A DNA stretch of 64,000 nucleotides from an uncultured Solirubrobacterales bacterium (lineage in GTDB: Bacteria > Actinomycetota > Thermoleophilia > Solirubrobacterales > 70-9). The DNA is taken from assembly GCA_963849165.1 (NCBI GenBank), contig CAWKGJ010000003.1, positions 252,018-316,017 of the forward strand, in the 5' to 3' direction. A program made the position numbers and the translations under genes. The notes below the pieces were generated by a model. It made no database searches, was not told where the DNA came from, and worked only from the letters and a program-made list of their open reading frames with translations. Of the stretch, positions 36,722 to 46,193 are shown one piece after another (position 1 is the stretch's first letter; every line of letters starts with the position of its first letter).

Positions 36722-37477
36722 ATGCCCAACGAAAACGACAACTTCACGGTTGGTAAAACCACCGCGAGACTTATCAATGCAAGCCCCACCGCTCCGGCCA
36801 GAATCTTCAACGGCTTCGGTGGAACCCTCTACTACAAGACCACCCCTGCGGTTACGACCTCCGACACCGCAGTCACGGTCGGCAACTCGGTCACGGTTGA
36901 ACAGATCGTCTGGGTTATCTCTGCCACCCAGTCCAAGATCTCGGTCGAACACCAGACGGTCGATACTCCCAGCGGCGGCCAGGCGTCCTCAAGCGCCGTA
37001 CCGGGTTTCTACACCTGGCAGCCGGTAGCCGCCACCAGTGGCACCGATACGACCCCGGCCGAAAAAAAGCTGTTCGTTGCCAGTCTCTTCCTGCCGGTCA
37101 ACAAGACCATCAAAGGCATCGGCTACCTGGTTGGCTCAGTGGGCGGGACCAATAAAGTTGTTGCGGGGCTGTTCAGCTCGACGGGCGTTCTGCTCGCCGG
37201 TTCCTCCCAGACCACCGAAGGCGCGACCGTCGGGACCGCCGCAGAAATTCAGGAGTTGGACCTGACCTCGACCTACAAGGCCACGGGACCGGGTGTCTAC
37301 TTCATCGGGATCACGATGAATGGGAACACCGCCCGCCTGCGGACGATTCCCAAAAACACCGCCGGCGCGAATGTGTTCTCAAAAGAAATCACGATCGCAA
37401 CCAAAAATACGTTGGCCAACATCACTGCCCCGTCTGCGATCGAAGTGGACAAGGGACCGATTGCGTGGGTGTATTGA
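36722..37477 (+). CDS. hypothetical beta-rich phage protein
   Basis: 251-aa Thr/Gly/Ser-rich ORF between terL and portal. Confidence 0.5.
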   Translation: MPNENDNFTVGKTTARLINASPTAPARIFNGFGGTLYYKTTPAVTTSDTAVTVGNSVTVEQIVWVISATQSKISVEHQTVDTPSGGQASSSAVPGFYTWQPVAATSGTDTTPAEKKLFVASLFLPVNKTIKGIGYLVGSVGGTNKVVAGLFSSTGVLLAGSSQTTEGATVGTAAEIQELDLTSTYKATGPGVYFIGITMNGNTARLRTIPKNTAGANVFSKEITIATKNTLANITAPSAIEVDKGPIAWVY

Positions 37478-37797
37478 TGGTCCCGCATCTCGTAGACGAC
37501 GCCAAGAAACGGCCAGGCAAGTGCCTGGTCTCTCGAGATATCGAGGGGCCGTTCATTGATACCGGCTGTTGGGCGCGGGAGCACGATCCCTACCTCTATC
37601 TCTCAGTCCGCTGGGTAGAAGAGCAGGCCGTGAACTTGCTCGGCATGGTCCCCGCCAAAGAGGTTGAAGAGCGCTTCGCCGGCCTGGAGGCCCAGCTTAA
37701 GGAGCAGGGCGAAAAGCTGGCGGCGCTTGAGTGCTTTGAGGAGGCGGTGGCCGAGTACGCCGAGGCACGAGACAAGGTTCTCGAGGTGGTCTCATGA
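37465..37797 (+). CDS. hypothetical phage protein
   Basis: 110-aa ORF, coiled-coil-like C-terminus. Confidence 0.45.
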   Translation: MGVLMVPHLVDDAKKRPGKCLVSRDIEGPFIDTGCWAREHDPYLYLSVRWVEEQAVNLLGMVPAKEVEERFAGLEAQLKEQGEKLAALECFEEAVAEYAEARDKVLEVVS

Positions 37798-38099
37798 GCC
37801 TCAACGCCAATCCTGCTGGCGCACTTGGCAATGGCCGCAAGGCCGTCACGGAAAAAGAAAAACCGGAGGCGCTTGCCCCTACGACCGCCTGTCTTTGGGT
37901 CAGCATCGAAGCCGAGACGGACAACACTGGAGAAATTGTCGTCGGCGGCAAAGGTCTTGTCGGCAAACTTGCTGAACGGACCGGCCGCACGCTCGACAAA
38001 GGTGAGTCGATCACGCTAGCGGTTGGGGATCTCGCCCAAGTCTGGCTTGACGCGACGGTCAACGGCGACGGCGTGACTTACGTGTACGGGACCGCATGA
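37794..38099 (+). CDS. hypothetical phage protein
   Basis: 101-aa ORF, ATGA couplings. Confidence 0.45.
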   Translation: MSLNANPAGALGNGRKAVTEKEKPEALAPTTACLWVSIEAETDNTGEIVVGGKGLVGKLAERTGRTLDKGESITLAVGDLAQVWLDATVNGDGVTYVYGTA

Positions 38100-38404
38100 C
38101 TTACCTCGCATGTTTCTGTGTTGCTCTCCTAGTTGCCTTTGTGTTGCAGCAGTGGAGCCACAGGGCCGAACGGAAGGCAGAGCGTGCGGCTTTTGCTGAG
38201 GAGCGCCAGCAGTGGGTCCGCGAGCGCCGAGACCTGAACAACCGGATTCAGATGCCAGAGGCGGCACCCTTCCTACTGGAAGACCAAGAACCATCGGATG
38301 ACGACATGCCAGTGATGCCCGACTTCGCGTTGGATGAGGCCGAGCTAGAGAAGGCACGACAGGCTTTGACTGAGGCTGGCTACGAAGAGGGGCCGGCGCT
38401 CTAG
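38096..38404 (+). CDS. hypothetical membrane protein
   Basis: N-terminal TM LACFCVALLVAFVLQQW, acidic tail. Confidence 0.45.
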   Translation: MTYLACFCVALLVAFVLQQWSHRAERKAERAAFAEERQQWVRERRDLNNRIQMPEAAPFLLEDQEPSDDDMPVMPDFALDEAELEKARQALTEAGYEEGPAL

Positions 38405-40452
38405 TGCCAACTCTCGCAGCCAAAGTTAAAAAAGCCGTCATGCAGACGGTGGCCGAGGAACTGAAAGCCCCGGCTGAGGTCGACGCTCGGGTCAAGCGCG
38501 GCAAGGAGGCGATGTCCGAAGGGGCGCCCAAACGGAACGAGTGTCTGCGCTTCGCCCGAGGCCGCCAGTACTCCTGGGTCGACTCCCAGAACACGATCCG
38601 CGAGCAGGAGACGACCTCGGACTACGAGCGCCGCGGCGGCAAGGCTCGCCATCGCGTCCGCAGCGTCCGCAACTACATCTTCGATCATGTCGAGGTCGAG
38701 GTCGCCGGGGCCACCCAGCGCGTCCCCGGCTATGACATCGCCCCGACTTCCACCGAGCCCCGCCGTATCTCCGCCGCCCGTCTAGCTCGCAAGGCCATCT
38801 ACTACGGCTATGAACAGTGGAGCCTCGATCAGGCCACCGAGCGCACGGTGCGCTATGCCGTAGTAGCCAACGAAGGATTCGCTTGGCCCTACTTCGACAA
38901 CACGGTCGGCCCCTACATCGAGACCGATGTGCTGGATGAGAAAGGTGAACCCACCGGCGAGAAGAAGACGGTCGGGCAGGGCGAGATCAAGGTCCTGGTC
39001 TACGGACCCAACGAAGTCTTCTGGGAGCCGGGGCTGCGCTTTGACGAGTCGCGCTGGCACGCGATCGAGCAGGCCCGTGACATCGATTCGGTAATGGAAA
39101 CCGATGGCTATGTGGGCGGGAAGCTTGATGCCGACGCCCAAAAGGCCGAAACCTCAGACCCCGACGCCTCACAGGAGCGCTTGGTCCTCGTCACCGAGTA
39201 CTTGGAGCGTCCCACGCGCAAGCGCCCGAACGGCCGCTGGATCACCTTGGCGAACAACCGCGTGATCATCCCCGAGCGCGCCTACCCTTGCCGCGACGGC
39301 GAGGGCAAGGTTCTGGATGAGCCGGTCTTGCACGAGCTGCACTACGCCGAAGACCCCGACACGGGTCGCAACATTGGCCCTGTCCAGTTCGCCATCGACC
39401 CCCAGCGTCAGCTGAACCATGCGGTCTCCAAGATCGCCGAGTGGGTAAACCTGATGCTGAACCCGCAGTTGATCATCCAGAACGGGAAGGTGCTCTCGGG
39501 AAAGCTGAACGACGCGCCGGGCGCAGTGGTGCGTATCGCTGGAGCGGGGGAAATCAAAGTCCGGGAGATCCCTCAGATTCCACCCGAGCTATTCCGCCAG
39601 AAGGAAGAGGCGATAGCTGACATGGGGAGGATCTTCGCCCAAAACGACATCCCCAATCAGGTCGAATCGGCCAAAGGTATTCAGTTTGTCTTAGAAAAAG
39701 ACTCGTCCCGACGCGCGACCTTCTATAAGAACCTCGCCAAATTTCACGCCCGCCTAGCTCGCCACTGCCTCTACCTGGTCCAGCGCCATTACACCGAGCC
39801 GCGCTTGCTGAAGATCAGGGGTGAGGAAGGCGCCTTGGAACCGATCCAAGACTTCCTTGGTGCGGAACTGCTTGGCGAGGTCGATGTGAGGGTCACCGCC
39901 GACTCGCTCGAACCTCGCACCCGCGAGTCGATTGAAGCCAAGATCCTGGCCTTTGCAGATCGAGGCTGGGTCTCTCCCCACGAAGCCATGGCTGCGATCA
40001 ACAGCGGCACCGCAGAAGCCCTCGTCCAGTCCTACGAAAAAGATATTGCCCGAGCGAATCTGATCATCCAGAAGGTCAAGGAAGGCCCGAAGGTCTTGTT
40101 CGGCACGGCACCAAGGCGCCCGTTCTCTGACGAGGACCCGGGCATTGACGAGGAGACGCAGCTTCCTCGCGAATTCATCCCTGGTTGGATGCCGCGTTCC
40201 TTCGACAACATCGCGGTCCAGAAAGCGGTGATTGCCGACTGGATGAAAGGTACGGAGTACGACGACTTGGAGCCGCCGGCCCAAGAGGCAATGAACGCTG
40301 TCTACGACTCCTTCCTGCAACTGGAAGCTAAGCAGCAGGCCCAAGCCGCCGCTGCACAGATGGAGCAGGCCGAATCGCTGGGCACGGCCAACGCCGCCCG
40401 CCCACAGACGCCGCCCCCGACTCCAGACCAAGCCGCGCTGAGTCCTGCGTAA
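38404..40452 (+). CDS. putative portal protein
   Basis: 682 aa; assigned by size and position (before scaffold and capsid); no motif checked. Confidence 0.6.
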   Translation: MPTLAAKVKKAVMQTVAEELKAPAEVDARVKRGKEAMSEGAPKRNECLRFARGRQYSWVDSQNTIREQETTSDYERRGGKARHRVRSVRNYIFDHVEVEVAGATQRVPGYDIAPTSTEPRRISAARLARKAIYYGYEQWSLDQATERTVRYAVVANEGFAWPYFDNTVGPYIETDVLDEKGEPTGEKKTVGQGEIKVLVYGPNEVFWEPGLRFDESRWHAIEQARDIDSVMETDGYVGGKLDADAQKAETSDPDASQERLVLVTEYLERPTRKRPNGRWITLANNRVIIPERAYPCRDGEGKVLDEPVLHELHYAEDPDTGRNIGPVQFAIDPQRQLNHAVSKIAEWVNLMLNPQLIIQNGKVLSGKLNDAPGAVVRIAGAGEIKVREIPQIPPELFRQKEEAIADMGRIFAQNDIPNQVESAKGIQFVLEKDSSRRATFYKNLAKFHARLARHCLYLVQRHYTEPRLLKIRGEEGALEPIQDFLGAELLGEVDVRVTADSLEPRTRESIEAKILAFADRGWVSPHEAMAAINSGTAEALVQSYEKDIARANLIIQKVKEGPKVLFGTAPRRPFSDEDPGIDEETQLPREFIPGWMPRSFDNIAVQKAVIADWMKGTEYDDLEPPAQEAMNAVYDSFLQLEAKQQAQAAAAQMEQAESLGTANAARPQTPPPTPDQAALSPA

Positions 40453-40715
40453 AAAGCGGACCTGGTGTTGATGGTCTCTCGTTTTTCCAGCGCCTTGCCT
40501 TAGAGCTGCTTCGCAAGGATTACCCACGGCGAGAACCCGGTGGGGCAGTCGCGCCCAGATCACCGCACGATCTGCCCCGGGCCATCAACTTCGCCTTGCA
40601 CTTTACACCGACCTTCGGCCCAAGTCCGGCCAAGAGCAGGCACCCGCTCAAAGCGGCCCTGTAACCACGAATCGCCAGAACGCCTTTCCGTGGCCCTGGC
40701 AGAACAGGAGCACCC

Positions 40716-41453
40716 ATGCCCGACGAGGCAGCAGTACCCGAGGCCCCAGAGACCTCTAAATCTGGCACGCCTCCCGAGACCCCAGCGGCCCACACCCCCG
40801 AGGCACCCGCGAACGGTCAGACCGAATCACCCGAAAACATCGACTGGAAACAGCGTGCCGAGGAGATGGAGAAGCGCTACAACGATCTCCGTCCCGAGGC
40901 GGACCGCCGAGCGAGTCTCCTGGCTGATATCGAAGGGCGCAATGGCCCCGAGAGACAGGCCCAGGCGCTTGCAGAGCACGCGCGTATCGAGCTAGAGGAA
41001 GAAGAGGCGGAAGAACCCGACGACGAGTTCGACCTTCCCCCCGACCCCTCGGACGAAATAGCGGCGATCAAACAGGAGCTAGCCGAGGAACGTGAGGCCA
41101 AGCAGGCCGAGGAGTTCGATCGGATGGAGACCGAGTACACCGAATCGACGGTGGAAGACCTCGCTGACAAGGCGAATCTGAAACTGAACGACGAGGAGTA
41201 CGAAGTGATCGTCAACCATGGTTTCGCGAATCGCGACCCCCACAACGGCAAGCCCGACCTAGAGGGCGGTATTGCCAAGCTGAAAGCGATTCAGGAGGCC
41301 GCACGCAAGAGCTACGCCAAGTCGAAGGACGACTCGGTGCTGGCGCCAGTCGGAGCTACGGGTGAACCAAAAATTGACCTCCGCAACAAAGAGCAGCGGC
41401 AAAAACTCGGCCGCGAAGTCTTCGAAGCTGCGGAGCGTCAGAAGACCCCATAG
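40716..41453 (+). CDS. putative scaffolding protein
   Basis: Acidic, helical, Glu/Ala/Lys-rich 245 aa directly before the capsid gene; SD AGGAG. Confidence 0.55.
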   Translation: MPDEAAVPEAPETSKSGTPPETPAAHTPEAPANGQTESPENIDWKQRAEEMEKRYNDLRPEADRRASLLADIEGRNGPERQAQALAEHARIELEEEEAEEPDDEFDLPPDPSDEIAAIKQELAEEREAKQAEEFDRMETEYTESTVEDLADKANLKLNDEEYEVIVNHGFANRDPHNGKPDLEGGIAKLKAIQEAARKSYAKSKDDSVLAPVGATGEPKIDLRNKEQRQKLGREVFEAAERQKTP

Positions 41454-41465
41454 GAGGACAGCCTT

Positions 41466-42677
41466 ATGGCTGCCACGGAAAGTTCGCTTGAAGCTGCCCT
41501 AGACGTTATCTGGACGGCTCGTCGGTTCAAAGAGCAGCTGTTCGAAGAAAACCGTTTCCTCGACAAACTCAAAAAGACCGACAAATACACGCAGGGCAAG
41601 GAAGCAAAGGTTCCGCTTCACGTCTCCCGCAACGGCGGCTTCACGTCTCTCCCTTCAGGGGGCGGCAATCTGAACGAAGCTGGCAACCAGGGCTACAACG
41701 AAGCGAACTTCAAACTCACCCACCACCACCAGCAGGTAGCTCTGCAGGGCGACATTCTGGATATCTCCGCAGACAAAGCCGGGTCTATTGTTTCGGCCGC
41801 GGACGAGGAGGTCACTCGGGCACTGAACGACATGAATCGCCAGTTCACCCGCATGAGCTACATGGATGGCACGGCACGAATCGCCCAGTGTCGCACCTCG
41901 AACACCAACAACGTCGATCTCAACACGACCTCTGGCCGTGTCGCAATCGAACGAGGTTGGATCTTCGAGGGCCAGCCAGTCGATGTTGGCACCAAAACCG
42001 AAGAGGCCACGATCGTCAACGGCTCCGTCGTTACGGCCGTCGATGACGCTAACTGGGCCTTCACGGTTGCCGCTGGCAACATCACTGGAGAGGGCACCAC
42101 GCACTATGTCTCCCAGAAGAACGCTCGCACGGGGGAAACCTCTTTCGAGATGAACGGGATTCAGAACGTGACCAGCGAAACGGCTGAACTCGGTGGCCTC
42201 TCGCCGTCAACGGAGCGTCAGTGGAAATCGACGGTCAACACCACGACCACGTCGCTGACCATCGCAGCTCTCCTGACGGCACAGCGGAAGATCAGGCAGA
42301 AGCGGGGCAAATCCCCGACCTTCCTGAACACCGGCTTGCTCCAGCAGCAGAAGTTCTACGAACTGCTCGAGCAGCAGGTCCAGTTCGGCTCCGACAAAGG
42401 TCTGACGGCCGGCGCAGACGATTCCACCACCTGGAACGGGATGGAAATCTTCGCCGACCCCGACTGTCCGGACGAACTGCTGATGATGGGCCACTGGGAG
42501 CACCTGTTCATGCTCCACCTCAAGGACCCCTACTGGCAGAACGCGGTGACCGGCGGGCAGAAGCTCGACTGGATTCAGGGCACCGACTCGTACGGAGGCA
42601 AGTTGACCTACCGCGCGAATATCGGCTGCGACAGGCGCAACGACATGTACCTGTTCAACGCCCTCGCCACCTCGTAA
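41466..42677 (+). CDS. putative major capsid protein
   Basis: 403 aa after scaffold, followed by a strong terminator hairpin. Confidence 0.65.
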   Translation: MAATESSLEAALDVIWTARRFKEQLFEENRFLDKLKKTDKYTQGKEAKVPLHVSRNGGFTSLPSGGGNLNEAGNQGYNEANFKLTHHHQQVALQGDILDISADKAGSIVSAADEEVTRALNDMNRQFTRMSYMDGTARIAQCRTSNTNNVDLNTTSGRVAIERGWIFEGQPVDVGTKTEEATIVNGSVVTAVDDANWAFTVAAGNITGEGTTHYVSQKNARTGETSFEMNGIQNVTSETAELGGLSPSTERQWKSTVNTTTTSLTIAALLTAQRKIRQKRGKSPTFLNTGLLQQQKFYELLEQQVQFGSDKGLTAGADDSTTWNGMEIFADPDCPDELLMMGHWEHLFMLHLKDPYWQNAVTGGQKLDWIQGTDSYGGKLTYRANIGCDRRNDMYLFNALATS

Positions 42678-42681
42678 TCCC

Positions 42682-42713
42682 AAGCGCTCCAGGAGTCAAT
42701 CCCTGGAGCGCTT
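42682..42713 (+). terminator. hairpin after capsid gene
   Basis: AAGCGCTCCAGG (42682-42693) and CCTGGAGCGCTT (42702-42713), perfect 12-bp stem, 8-nt loop; no clear U-tract. Confidence 0.6.
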
Positions 42714-42749
42714 CTCCTCAGCTCCTCAACGGAAAACGGAAGGATCAAC

Positions 42750-43064
42750 ATGGCGATCGCCAACGCTCTAGACGTTCCCTATCGAATCGTAGGCAACCAA
42801 AAGGAGGTTGTCTACGACTGCACCTTCCCAACTAAATACACGACCGGGGGCATGTCAGTCACCCCGGCCGAAACTGGACTCTCCAATTTTGAGCGTGTGG
42901 ACTGCTCAATCCAGGGGATTGGTGAAGGCACGGTAAATATCGCCAACGCGATCTATGACGAGAGCACGAAAAAGATTCTGCTCTACGATGAGACGCCCGG
43001 TCAGGTCGCAAGCGAAGCCGAAATCAAAGCGCCTGTCGTTCGCATTACCGCTCGAGGCGTCTAG
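42750..43064 (+). CDS. hypothetical virion-associated protein
   Basis: 104-aa ORF with SD GGAAGGA. Confidence 0.5.
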   Translation: MAIANALDVPYRIVGNQKEVVYDCTFPTKYTTGGMSVTPAETGLSNFERVDCSIQGIGEGTVNIANAIYDESTKKILLYDETPGQVASEAEIKAPVVRITARGV

Positions 43065-43573
43065 TGAAGGACCCCCTCGGCCTGGTGCCTCCAGACATCA
43101 AGGCGAAGTATGAGCGCGCCGAATGGGTCGACCGATCGGCGACGGCTGGACGGGCTCTGGAAAGGGAACTCAAATCCGCATTCGGGCGAGAGATGGAAGT
43201 CGTACTCGTTCGCCATGACATCAGCCCCGAAGCACTCCCGGTCAGCGCGGTAGCTGGCCGCTGGCACGTTCGTCGCAACAACCCGGCGCCGGAGTTGCCG
43301 ACCTACATCCCGATCCTTGCAGAGGACGGAGGCTACCGTGACCCCGACGCCCAGGTAATTGCAGAACTCGCTGCTCGGGATCTGCGTCGTCCAGGAGTCC
43401 TTAAGAAGTTGATCGACCGCACGAGGACCGACCAGCCGCACTTGCAAGCAGAGCGCGACCTGAAGAAAGAACAGCGACGGGACATCATGCACGAAGATTT
43501 CAGGGCCGCGAAGCGGGTCCGGGGCGAGGGTGGCCTGCGTAAGGACTTCTCCAAGAAAAGGGCTAAGGCGTGA
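43064..43573 (+). CDS. hypothetical phage protein
   Basis: 169 aa, GTG start abutting upstream stop. Confidence 0.45.
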   Translation: MKDPLGLVPPDIKAKYERAEWVDRSATAGRALERELKSAFGREMEVVLVRHDISPEALPVSAVAGRWHVRRNNPAPELPTYIPILAEDGGYRDPDAQVIAELAARDLRRPGVLKKLIDRTRTDQPHLQAERDLKKEQRRDIMHEDFRAAKRVRGEGGLRKDFSKKRAKA

Positions 43574-44175
43574 ATACGGAAGCCCTGGTCGCCAGCCTGA
43601 AAGCCCAAGGCTTCGACTACCTGAGCACTACGGAATGCATCCAGTTCTTGAATGACGCCTACCTCCTCGACATTTGCGAGGACGAAGACTGGCCTTTCCT
43701 CGAAGGCGTTGCAGAAGGTCCAGCACCGCTTGAAATAGCCGACCTCCGAGCGATTGAGTACGTGACCAACACGGCTCAGGTCACCAAGCTCGACCCGCTA
43801 CTGCGCGCGCGCATCACCGATGACTTGAACCCGGACCTAACGCAGGAAGGGACGCCCTCTCTCTACTACGTGACCAAAGGAACGACGGTCAACGTCTTCC
43901 CGGTCTCAACTGACGAAATCGCGGTGCGTTACTGGAAGGTGCCCGAAGAACTGAGCGGGTCTGTTACCCCCCTTCTTCCGACTCGCTACCACTCGCTAAT
44001 CGTTGACGGCGCGCGTGCGCGAGGCTACGAGAATTCTGACGATTGGGAACTGGCCGGCGCTGCTGCCAGCCGCTTTGAATCGCGCCTCGAAAAGATGAAG
44101 GAGTCGTTGGGAATGCTCCAGCATGATGCGCCGGATGACTACATAGTTGTCGAAGACCCGGCCGCCCTGCGATGA
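43570..44175 (+). CDS. putative head-tail adaptor / tail accessory protein
   Basis: Assigned by position only (P22 gp4-like slot). Confidence 0.4.
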   Translation: MNTEALVASLKAQGFDYLSTTECIQFLNDAYLLDICEDEDWPFLEGVAEGPAPLEIADLRAIEYVTNTAQVTKLDPLLRARITDDLNPDLTQEGTPSLYYVTKGTTVNVFPVSTDEIAVRYWKVPEELSGSVTPLLPTRYHSLIVDGARARGYENSDDWELAGAAASRFESRLEKMKESLGMLQHDAPDDYIVVEDPAALR

Positions 44176-45755
44176 GCGTTCGCGGGATGGTCTCCTATCC
44201 GTTCCAGGGATTCGGCAAAGGGCTCAACCTGAGGGACAAGCCCGATGCGGTCGACCCGGCCGAGGCAATCGACGCCCGCAACGTCGCTTTCTCAGACCGA
44301 GGTGCGATCGAGCAGCGTCCTGGTTACGACAACCTCACCGCCGCTCTGACGAACCGAGTGGCGAGCCTTGAACCTTTCTACACGTCTTCGGGCACCAAGC
44401 AGCTTCTTGCGGGATGCGGGACGAGGCTGGAGGCTCTGAGCACCGCCGGCGCAGTCGTCAAATCCCTAACCGGCCTAACCAACGCCGTCTGGGACTTCAC
44501 GCGCTTTGGCAAACCCAACGCCGAGGTCGCTTACGCAGGCAACGGGACGGACACCCTGCGCAAATGGAACGGTGCCGAATGGACCGTCCCTACCGCCACT
44601 GTCAACGGCGAAGCCTCAAAAGCGATGCCAAAGGCCGGCTCGCTCTGCGTCTGGCCGGCGGCCGGGAACCGGCTGGTGGCAACTCGCTTCTCGACCACGA
44701 CCGGTGGGCCGAACGGATCGACGTCTTCCCCCGATCATGTCTGGTTCTCAGACCCCGGAGATCCAGAGGCTTGGCACACGACCGGGACCGAAGAAAACCA
44801 GGTCCAGCTGATGCCAGGCAACGGGGAGCCAATCATGGCGGCGATTACCTGGAAGGAATTCGTCTTCGTCTTCAAGGAAACGAGCTTCTTCGTCTTCACC
44901 CACCAAGCCACCGACAGCGAAGGTGGCCCTGATTTCGTCTTTCGCCCAGTGGAGGCTGGGGTCGGCTTAGCTTCGCCACGGGCTGTCTGCATCCACCCCA
45001 CCGGCGTCTACTTCATGGCCCGCAACGGCGTCTACCGGACGACGGGCCAAGAGCCGGAACTGATCTCCAACCTCGTCGGTCCGATCTGGTCAGGGGAGAC
45101 CTCTCCCTTCTACACCGGGGGCGCTCTTGCTCATGGCTCGATTACCAACTGCGCGATGGGCACGTGGGAAGACAGGATCTACCTAGCCTTTCCTACCTCG
45201 GAAACGAACAACCGCATCCTCGTCTTCGACCCGCGCTATGAGTGGTGGAGCCTCTATGGGATTCTCGCAAGCTGCTTGGCCAGTTTTCGGGTGGGGGGTA
45301 CGGAGGAGCTTGTCTTCGGCTACGCTTCCGGCGAAAACAAAGTCGGCCGCCACTCAACGGCCTACACGAACGATGACGGTGCGGCCATCGAATCCTATTG
45401 GCGCTCGGGTTGGCCTGATCTTGGGAACCCAGACGTAAAGACGATTCGGGCCTCGAAGGTCTGGGGCACCGGCAAGGTCTTCGCAGGACTTGGTTATGAC
45501 TTCCGCCAAGCCACTGGATCACTGGACCTCCTCGATTTCTCCGACCCATCCACGCCGACCTGGGGCGATTCGACCTGGGGCGATTCGACCTGGGGCGAAC
45601 CCCGTGGGCTACTAGCGACCCATCGCCGCAGGGCAGTGCGCGGCACGACCTTTTCTCTCTATCTCGTCAACTCAACCCTCGATCAGGAGTGGTCAGTCCA
45701 TCGCGTAGACCACTTGCTCCGAGAGGTTGCCAAGCCATCGAAGGTGAACGCATGA
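44172..45755 (+). CDS. putative tail hub/nozzle protein
   Basis: 527 aa, assigned by position (P22 gp10-like slot); C-terminal TWGDS repeats. Confidence 0.45.
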   Translation: MSVRGMVSYPFQGFGKGLNLRDKPDAVDPAEAIDARNVAFSDRGAIEQRPGYDNLTAALTNRVASLEPFYTSSGTKQLLAGCGTRLEALSTAGAVVKSLTGLTNAVWDFTRFGKPNAEVAYAGNGTDTLRKWNGAEWTVPTATVNGEASKAMPKAGSLCVWPAAGNRLVATRFSTTTGGPNGSTSSPDHVWFSDPGDPEAWHTTGTEENQVQLMPGNGEPIMAAITWKEFVFVFKETSFFVFTHQATDSEGGPDFVFRPVEAGVGLASPRAVCIHPTGVYFMARNGVYRTTGQEPELISNLVGPIWSGETSPFYTGGALAHGSITNCAMGTWEDRIYLAFPTSETNNRILVFDPRYEWWSLYGILASCLASFRVGGTEELVFGYASGENKVGRHSTAYTNDDGAAIESYWRSGWPDLGNPDVKTIRASKVWGTGKVFAGLGYDFRQATGSLDLLDFSDPSTPTWGDSTWGDSTWGEPRGLLATHRRRAVRGTTFSLYLVNSTLDQEWSVHRVDHLLREVAKPSKVNA

Positions 45756-46189
45756 CCCAGATCGTCTTGCCAAAGCTCAACCAGACCGGCGTCAACGAAT
45801 GGGCCGACGTTCAGGACAACGACGAAGCGATCAAAAAAGTCGTGAACGGGGAACTCGATAACGGCAACATTGCCGCTGGGGCGGGCATTGCCCTCTCCAA
45901 GCTTGCCGCGTCAGTCACGCAGTACGTGACCGGCAGCAAAACCGTGAAAATGAACTTCGGGATCACGAATGTCACCAGCGGAGCGGCGGATGGGTCCCAG
46001 AACGTGTCCCACGAACTCGGCGAAGAAGCCGACTTCGCAATTGCCTGTTGCGCCAATGGCGCCTTCCAGGTGAATGTCTCGGTAGTTCGAAATGAAAGCG
46101 CGACGGCCCTGCGCCTATACGCCTATCGCACGGACGGTGCCAATCTCGGCACCGTCCCGGTTGCCTGGCTGGCAATTGCGGTGAACTAG
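45752..46189 (+). CDS. small fibre/receptor-binding-like protein
   Basis: C-terminal domain resembles the C-terminus of the 535-aa fibre (NFG...HxLG...WxAI). Confidence 0.5.
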   Translation: MTQIVLPKLNQTGVNEWADVQDNDEAIKKVVNGELDNGNIAAGAGIALSKLAASVTQYVTGSKTVKMNFGITNVTSGAADGSQNVSHELGEEADFAIACCANGAFQVNVSVVRNESATALRLYAYRTDGANLGTVPVAWLAIAVN

Positions 46190-46193
46190 CTAG

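Noticed and set aside
40520-40795. Minus-strand ORFs (40520-40795, 40560-40793) in the portal-scaffold gap
   Set aside because: They run opposite to the whole structural operon, are Gly/Arg-rich, have no SD, and overlap the scaffold start.
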